Source of the DNA: Macrostomum lignano
Lineage: Eukaryota
DNA: 46,616 nt
Direction: 5' to 3'
Assembly: GCA_002269645.1 (NCBI GenBank)
Contig: NIVC01004420.1
Coordinates: 1 to 46,616 of the forward strand
Under the pieces are notes generated by a model. The model did not search any database. It was not told the DNA's origin and saw only the letters and a list, made by a program, of their open reading frames with translations. Each line of letters starts with the position of its first letter. Position 1 is the first letter of the stretch. Shown one piece after another: positions 39,901-46,616 of this stretch. Both the position numbers and the translations under genes were made by a program.

Positions 39901-42900
39901 AACGTAGCCAGGCGGGGCCTCGTAGTGCAGCAGGTACTGGCACATGTGGGTGAACGTGTCCCCGTCCGCCGGCTCGTTGGCGTACACCTCCAGGCCGAAC
40001 TCGCCTGCAGGTAAAAACATTAACAATAGAAATGAATGAATTTTGTCAGGCTCAAAGCTTTTGTGAGCTCAACTCTCAAGTCTGTGGAGTTGGGGACTCA
40101 AGCAACAGAGATTTTCGACTCTGTTCACGTTGCACGTTGTGGTTGTGGTGTGGGAGGCTAAAGTTAAGATAAATGCAGCCCTAGTCAATTTTTCCTAATG
40201 TACAATAAATAAGTGCGACAAGGCAAGCAGTCAAGCGCGCAGACACACGCTCACGCGGGGTGTACAGCGGTCCCGACTTTCATATCGTCAGTCACCAAGG
40301 GCCAAGCCCACCGCTAAATAATCACTCACCAGGCTCCGGCAAGGTGATCTGGAAGGTGGACTGGTTCGGAGCCTCGAACTGCTTGTTATACTGGTCCAGC
40401 GCATTCTCGGCGTAGTTGTTGTGCCGCAGCTTGGCCAGCAGGTTCACCTCCGGCCGGGACTTGCGGAAGTACAGCTGAACTTGGCCATTGACGGAGCTCA
40501 CTACGCCATCCTTGTGCGACGGGGCCAGGCCGTACTTCTCCACGTGGATGCCGGGGCCCCAGTTGCAGTCGTGGCAGGTTGGAAACGGCGTAGCGTCCGC
40601 GGCGGCCTCCTCGCAGTTGATTCTGTACTCGCAGGCGGCCCGGTAGGTGTTCTCAACTCCGATGTGCCCAGTGACCTCCTGGGCGTACACGGTCAGGTAA
40701 TAGTGACCCGACATCGGCATGCGGAAGTAGAACTGGATCTGGTTGAACGTGGTCTCTTGGAGCACGAACGATTTCAGCTCCGTGCCACGGAACCTGTGGG
40801 TGGATTAGGGGGGATGAATGAGACCCTGATCCCTGCATTCTAGATCCCTGCATTCTAGATCTCTGCATTCTAGATCTCTGCATTCTAGATCCCTGCATTC
40901 TAGATCTCTGCATTCTAGATCCCTGCATTCTAGATCTCTGAATTCTAGATCCCTGCATTCTAGATCTCTGCATTCTAGATCCCTGCATTCTAGATCCCTG
41001 CATTCTAGATCTCTGCATTCTAGATCCCTGCATTCTAGATCCCTGCATTCTAGATCCCTGCATTCTAGATCTCTGCATTCTAGATCTCTGCATTCTAGAT
41101 CCCTGCATTCTAGATCCCTGCATTCTAGATCCCTGCATTCTAGATCTCTGCATTATAGATCTCTGCATTATAGATCCCTGCATTCTAGATCCCTGCATTC
41201 TAGATCCCTGCATTCTAGATCTCTGCATTATAGATCTCTGCATTATAGATCTCTGCATTCTAGATCTCTGAATTCTAGATCCCTGCATTCTAGATCTCTG
41301 CATTCTAGATCCCTGCATTCTAGATCTCTGCTTTCTAGATCTCTGCATTCTAGATCCCTGCATTCTAGATCCCTGCATTCTAGATCCCTGCATTCTAGAT
41401 CTCTGCATTCTAGATCCCTGCATTCTAGATCCCTGCATTCTATATCCCTGCATTCTAGATCTCTGCATTCTAGATCTCTGCATTATAGATCTCTGCATTA
41501 TAGATCTCTGCATTATAGACCTCTGCATTATAGATCTCTGCATTCTAGATCTCTGCATTCTAGATCCCTGCATTCTAGATCTCTGCATTCTAGATCCCTG
41601 CATTCTAGATCCCTGCATTCTAGATCCCTGTATTCTAGATCTCTGCATTATAGATCTCTGCATTATAGATCTCTGCATTCTAGATCCCTGCATTCTAGAT
41701 CCCTGCATTCTAGATCTCTGCATTCTAGATCTCTGCATTCTAGATCTCTGCATTCTAGATCCCTGCATTCTAGATCTCTGCATTATAGATCCCTGCATTC
41801 TAGATCTCTGCATTCTAGATCTCTGCATTCTAGATCCCTGCATTCTAGATCTCTGAATTCTAGATCCCTGCATTCTAGATCTCTGCATTCTAGATCCCTG
41901 CATTCTAGATCCCTGCATTATAGATCTCTGCATTATAGATCTCTGCATTCTAGATCTCTGCATTATAGATCTCTGCATTCTAGATCCCTGCATTCTAGAT
42001 CCCTGCATTCTAGATCTCTGAATTCTAGATCCCTGCATTCTAGATCTCTGCATTCTAGATCCCTGCATTCTAGATCTCTGCATTCTAGATCTCTGCATTC
42101 TAGATCCCTGCATTCTAGATCTCTGCATTCTAGATCCCTGCATTCTAGATCTCTGCATTCTAGATCCCTGCATTCTAGATCCCTGCATTCTAGATCTCTG
42201 CATTCTAGATCCCTGCATTCTAGATCCCTGCATTCTAGATCTCTGCATTATAGATCTCTGCATTATAGATCTCTGCCCTGCATTCTAGATTCCGGATTAA
42301 AAGGGAGGCCTGACCCCTGCATTCCGGATTAGAAGGGAGGCCTGATCCCAGCATTCCGGATTAGAAGGGAGGCCTGATCCCTGCATTCCGGATTAGAAGG
42401 GAGGCCTGATCCCTGCATTCCGGATTAGAAGGGAGGCCTGATCCCTGCATTCCGGATTAGAAGGGAGGCCTGATCCCTGCATTCCGGATTAGAAGGGAGG
42501 CCTGATCCCAGCATTCCGGATTAGAAGGGAGGCCTGATCCCAGCATTCCGGATTAGAAGGGAGGCCTGATCCCTGCATTCCGGATTAGAAGGGAGGCCTG
42601 ATCCCTGCATTCCGGATTAAAAGGGAGGCCTGACCCCTGCATTCCGGATTAGAAGGGAGGCCTGATCCCTGCATTCCGGATTAGAAGGGAGGCCTGATCC
42701 CAGCATTCCGGATTAGAAGGGAGGCCTGATCCCAGCATTCCGGATTAGAAGGGAGGCCTGATCCCTGCATTCCGGATTAGAAGGGAGGCCTGATCCCTGC
42801 ATTCCGGATTAGAAGGGAGGGGAGGCCTAATCCCCTTCATGGATAAGACAATCCAGAAATTTTTACAGACAATTTCTTGCTGGCAAAGGTTTGAGTATCT

Positions 42901-43805
42901 GCATGATGGGCTAAGGATTAAAAGAAGTCAAGACAAAACCCGGATCCGCAGGCACACCTGTCAATCAGTTCTTCTCCATAGTGCAGCTTAAACGTGAATG
43001 ACGCCCTCTTGCCGTAGCCCAGCGCCATCTGCAGCTTGCCCTGCTTGGTCCAGACCACGCCGTGAGTCGCCTGCTCAAACGACATGCCGCACTTGAAGAA
43101 ATGCGATTTAGTCAATGGCAAATCTTCGAATTGTTCAAGCGTTAGCGGCTGACGCAGCAGCTGCCACCGGGGATCCTCGGGATAGTGGCTGTACACGGCC
43201 TGCTGCGGCTCCATCATAAAATAGAAATCGTCGTATTCGTACACGAGATTCTCTGGCGAGTTGTTCTCCGAGCTCAGGTAGCGCATCGCCCAGTGCGCGT
43301 CCACCAGCTGCCAGGCGCCGTCAATTTTGATGACATTCCAAGAATGATTGTGCGCCTGGTTGCGGAACACGCAGCCGGGCCGGTACTCCACGCCTTTGGC
43401 GTAGCCGGACACGGTGACGCAGTTGAGCTGGGCGAAGCTGCACAGCAGCTCGTAGATCCTGGCGAATGTACCCCGCTTATAGTTGGATAAGAACGCTTCT
43501 GGCGAGCCTTTCTCAGCCTGGGCGAACTGGATATTCTTCATGTCTTTGGAGGTCATCCAGCGGAAGATGACGCGAGCTCGCTCGAGCTCGGTGAGGCGCA
43601 CCCGGTACACCAGGTCCCACATCAGGTCGCGAAAGGTCGGATGCTCGCGTCGGCTCACCTCGATGGCGTGCTCGTCAATTTTGGCGAACACCTTGGGATC
43701 ATCGTAGACTTGATGCTTGAGAAAATGTGGGGGTTTTGGGTCAGGACTGCGGTCAATGACCTGCTGGCCAAGGTTAAACGCGTCCGGTGCCCTGTGCCAG
43801 TTCAT
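25167..43805 (-). CDS. Hillarin/KY-like protein with two transglutaminase-like modules (~1,690 aa); exons 43805-42958, 40793-40330, 40004-39796, 38392-38282, 32223-31663, 31496-31077, 30187-30112, 30024-29983, 29788-29523, 29222-28833, 28135-27818, 27225-26836, 26363-26073, 25838-25167
   Basis: Two sets of motifs (GYAKG.EY.PG, HSWN, WQLVD.HWA, YE.D.FYF, H.P....WQLL), each followed by beta-rich repeats (GLE.YAN, .CEYR.). All 13 GT-AG junctions are phase-compatible as traced. The donors at 31076 and 27817, the acceptor at 27226 and the 5' start are less certain, and more 5' exons may exist. Confidence 0.85.
25862..26065. repeat. (GACT)n microsatellite, intronic
   Basis: Direct reading. Confidence 0.95.
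26445..26770. repeat. 31/28-bp tandem repeat, intronic
   Basis: GGGAGATGGGATTTGAGGACACCAGAGCACT and a 28-bp variant. Confidence 0.9.
27407..27716 (+). mobile_element. tRNA-headed SINE (second family), copy 1, antisense in an intron
   Basis: A-box-like TAGTCTAGTGG, B-box-like GAGTTCGATTC, central CCAGCTGTAAAATGGG block reminiscent of CORE-type SINEs, and an (ATT)n tail. Near-identical body at 39517-39756. Confidence 0.85.
28190..28800. repeat. Degenerate ~22-23-bp tandem repeat, intronic
   Basis: GGGATTTCTGAATAGGGGAT(C/G)TT variants. Confidence 0.9.
29815..29942. repeat. ~39-bp tandem repeat, about 3 copies, intronic
   Basis: GGGATTCTTCCCAAA...ATATTCACTGGATT units. Confidence 0.85.
30703..30970. 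repeat. (GACA)n microsatellite, intronic
   Basis: Direct reading. Confidence 0.95.
31766..31968 (-). repeat. Coding 39-bp tandem repeat x5 ([13 protein letters not shown])
   Basis: Lies inside exon 32223-31663 and preserves the frame. Confidence 0.9.
33480..37625. repeat. 4.1-kb 38-bp satellite with higher-order variant cassettes, intronic
   Basis: GTGTCTGTTTCTGTGTCTTTGTGCTTACGCCTGTCTTT, about 100 units; the plus strand is extremely A-poor. Confidence 0.97.
38670..39060. repeat. Degenerate 28-bp tandem repeat, intronic
   Basis: GACTGTCACAATTCGAGTTTCACGATCT, decaying to a GACTGTCACAATTT core. Confidence 0.85.
39517..39756 (+). mobile_element. tRNA-headed SINE, copy 2 (31-nt deletion in the head, tail absent)
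   Basis: Aligns with 27407-27675 except that 27434-27464 is missing. Confidence 0.85.
40826..42285. repeat. 15-bp tandem repeat, about 96 copies, intronic
   Basis: TAGATC(C/T)CTGCATT(C/A). Confidence 0.97.
42290..42830. repeat. 32-bp tandem repeat, about 16 copies, intronic
   Basis: GATTAGAAGGGAGGCCTGATCCCTGCATTCCG; no spacers between units. Confidence 0.95.
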
Positions 43806-46616
43806 TGTGCTTGCAGGAATCAGTGAGATTTGAACTGTAGCTCAGATCAACTGAAATGAGTGGTAAAGTTATGCTGTAAGCAGGAAGCTGGTCTTCTTTT
43901 CAACAGAATTTTTCATTACTAGCATATTGTTTTCAGACATTGTGCTATACAGAACAGATGTTCATGGTGATTAATTATTGTTTTCTAAGGCAATTACAAT
44001 CAAAATTAAGCGAAGTATACTATAGAAAAATTTTTATGCTATTTTTGTATAATTCCATATAATAACCATTTCCCATTTCCAATTTTCACATGTCATAACA
44101 AAAATACAAAATACAAATCAATACAAACTTCAATACAAAAATTGAAGCTCTGACAGCAAATTAATATGAAATTAGATGTGGGACATGCCATATAATCACA
44201 ATGAAGATTTAGCCATAATTGTAAACTATATAACTGTTCAATCCATCTTGAATTTTCTATTGGCAACTGTTTTGTATATGTATCTCTGATGATCATTAAG
44301 ATTTACTATAAACATAGGTAAACACTCATAGCCTATAATAGGAACTATTAATTCAAAAGGACTTATGATCTAACTTAATAATTAAGAGATATAAACTATA
44401 CAATGGTTAATAAAGTTGAGTTACTTATACCTTATATATGCACAATCTGAAATTATACCAGCTATATAATTTAGTTTTGACTTGAAAAATTCCACTTAGT
44501 TTAAAGACCAAGTTAGACCTCAAACAAAATAAAGTTTCAATTTATAGTAGTTTTTTGTCAAAAGGCAAAAAATCTTAAATAGCAGTTGCTTAATATGTAT
44601 TATAATGCAATAGGAAATATTATCTCCTAGAAAACTTTAGTTAATTAACTAGAAATTACAAAGAAAACTACAAGGTTTTAAAGGCCTGATATATCTATAC
44701 TATAGTCTAGATCATTATAGGCATAGGCATATATAAAAAATTCTAGTTTTTTATTCTACTTCAACAGTATTTCAACATATTGAAAATAATTACACTAAAA
44801 ACAAAGTTGCTTATATGCCAACTTAAATAATACATAATATATTATAATGATTGTTGCATCCTTTGATTTTGCCATTAACTAGCAAGCTAAAATGCCTTTT
44901 ATATCATATATATTTTAAAAAGCAAATAATTATAATACGTATTATCTAACATTGAATTTTTATATTAAGTAAGCTTATGAAAATTGCTAAAAACAAAGAA
45001 CTAACTTTTGATATAAAATTAAAAGGCCTGAAAAGTATAAAAATGATAGACCTTAGACTCTAGGGCTAATCACATATGCTTAAGACAACCTAATTATTAT
45101 TGTTGGTAAGGCCTAGATTCTATAAAGCTAAATACAAGCAAATTAACAATTAACAATTATGCACTAGGCCTAAAAATGAAAACAATTATATTTCACTACA
45201 TTAACTTTCTTATTATATCTAACTGAAATTAATCTACTAAATCCTATATTTAAAATATTTTATGATATTATGCTATTATTTTTGGCAAATAGAGAGTAGA
45301 GACCCATCTATCCTGCAATGGCCTAACATGATCTCTAGTATGGTATGATAATATGAATTGAAGTTCAAAAAACTTATTAAAATTTAATTTTAACCTCAAA
45401 AATTGGTCCACGATAATAGAAAATTCTCCATAAAATACATGGAACAATTTTTGTAAGAGGGGATCCATTGGTCATTGGACCCCAAAATTTTGTTTGAGGG
45501 TTAAACCTGTAATTTAAAAAAGGACTACCAAATGGTTTTTAAATAAATTGGATCCCTTGCTTAGGAATTCATAATTTCTAATTAGGAGCCTACTGTGAGG
45601 TTAGTCAATTATATTGCTTTGGACAAAGACAAAAACGATAAACAAATGCGGAGAGTTTATATAAATTTCTTTTTGATACAACACAACACAATCAGTGGAT
45701 ATGCCTTATGAGTAAGCACTGCTACCAAGATGTGATATAATTTACTTATTTATTTTCAATCAATCATTAGTAGAAAAAATACAAGATAGAGAAATTTCAC
45801 GAGAAAACTACCTTTGAGTCGACAGTCACGTCTGGAAATCGGATGCTGGCGGAAACGAGTGGGCCCGACTTATTCTAAATTGGCGCCTACGCTCTGACTC
45901 AGAAATAGTTACAAAAATGTTTATAAAAGTAAACATTTTAAATAAATTCAAATATCGCAGTAGTTCTCGCATACATGTATCTATCTTTTCAATACGATAT
46001 AACGTCCATATCAACTAGATTTGTTAAATATCACCCTTTTTGTCACAAAAGTCAAATTCACTTTGCAAGAAATTTTGCAAATAAGATTGGTATCTAGTAT
46101 CCACTTCTACTACTAGATGGTAAACTTTTAAAACCCTTAAGCGTATAATAAACCTTAAGACCATGCAGTTTAACGTTTGTCCATCAACCTATATTACTTC
46201 TTACTTAGTTTTTGTCTCGTGCTTATGCTGCTGCTTTCTTGTAATATAGGATTATAGCTCTCTATATCACTATTATGAAATATAGTTTTTTTTCTTTTGT
46301 GAATTTTAGGACTATTTAATAATAATATGTACTATAATACTTCTAGTGTCTACTTGTAACTTAATAATTCCCTACGTTCATAACCATTTTTAAGCTTTTT
46401 TGCTTTAAAGCTGGATTCTATTTATTTTTATATCTGAATTTCTATCACTTCATTTTGTTTTCTTGAAGTTAAAATTAATGATATATTTGGGTTCATGGGC
46501 ATAAGTTATTATAAATTCTATTGATATAAACAGCGTGTATGCTGAATGTTTCTCAACTTATATCCCTTGAAATTTATACAGAAGATAAATATTCATCACC
46601 ATATACATTAATTTTA

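Noticed and set aside
40653-42263. 536-aa ([10 protein letters not shown])n ORF
   Set aside because: Translation of the 15-bp intronic array. The true exon acceptor is at 40794.
42290-42830. CRISPR-like 32-bp direct repeats (also the 32- and 36-bp arrays at 18150, 17735 and 24360)
   Set aside because: Units are head-to-tail with no unique spacers, there are no cas genes, and the context is eukaryotic.

Overview
Eukaryotic (invertebrate animal) genomic DNA with GC-rich exons, spliceosomal introns packed with tandem repeats, and tRNA-headed SINEs. The style resembles the flatworm Macrostomum, but that is inference only. (1) 635-10938 is a decayed Polinton/Maverick-like element with ~450-bp terminal inverted repeats. 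Its protein-primed family-B DNA polymerase (pPolB) pseudogene (minus strand) is interrupted by three short spliceosomal introns, one in each polymerase catalytic motif (DxxSLYP, KxxxNSxxGK, YxDTDS). Nested in it are a hAT-type MITE, an Ingi/I-group-like LINE (2A peptide-PHD-APE-RT) and, within the LINE, a tRNA-derived SINE. No integrase, capsid or ATPase gene is recognisable. (2) The element sits in one arm of an older inverted duplication that brackets a 3-exon gene for a ~50-aa secreted propeptide (11933-12303). (3) An 8-exon SLC30/ZnT zinc transporter gene (15658-21315, +) has two GC-AG introns. (4) A 14-exon hillarin/KY-like gene (43805-25167, -) encodes two tandem transglutaminase-like modules that lack the catalytic Cys, joined by a low-complexity linker. 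Most long ORFs in the supplied track are artefacts of tandem repeats. All coordinates and alignments were read by eye.
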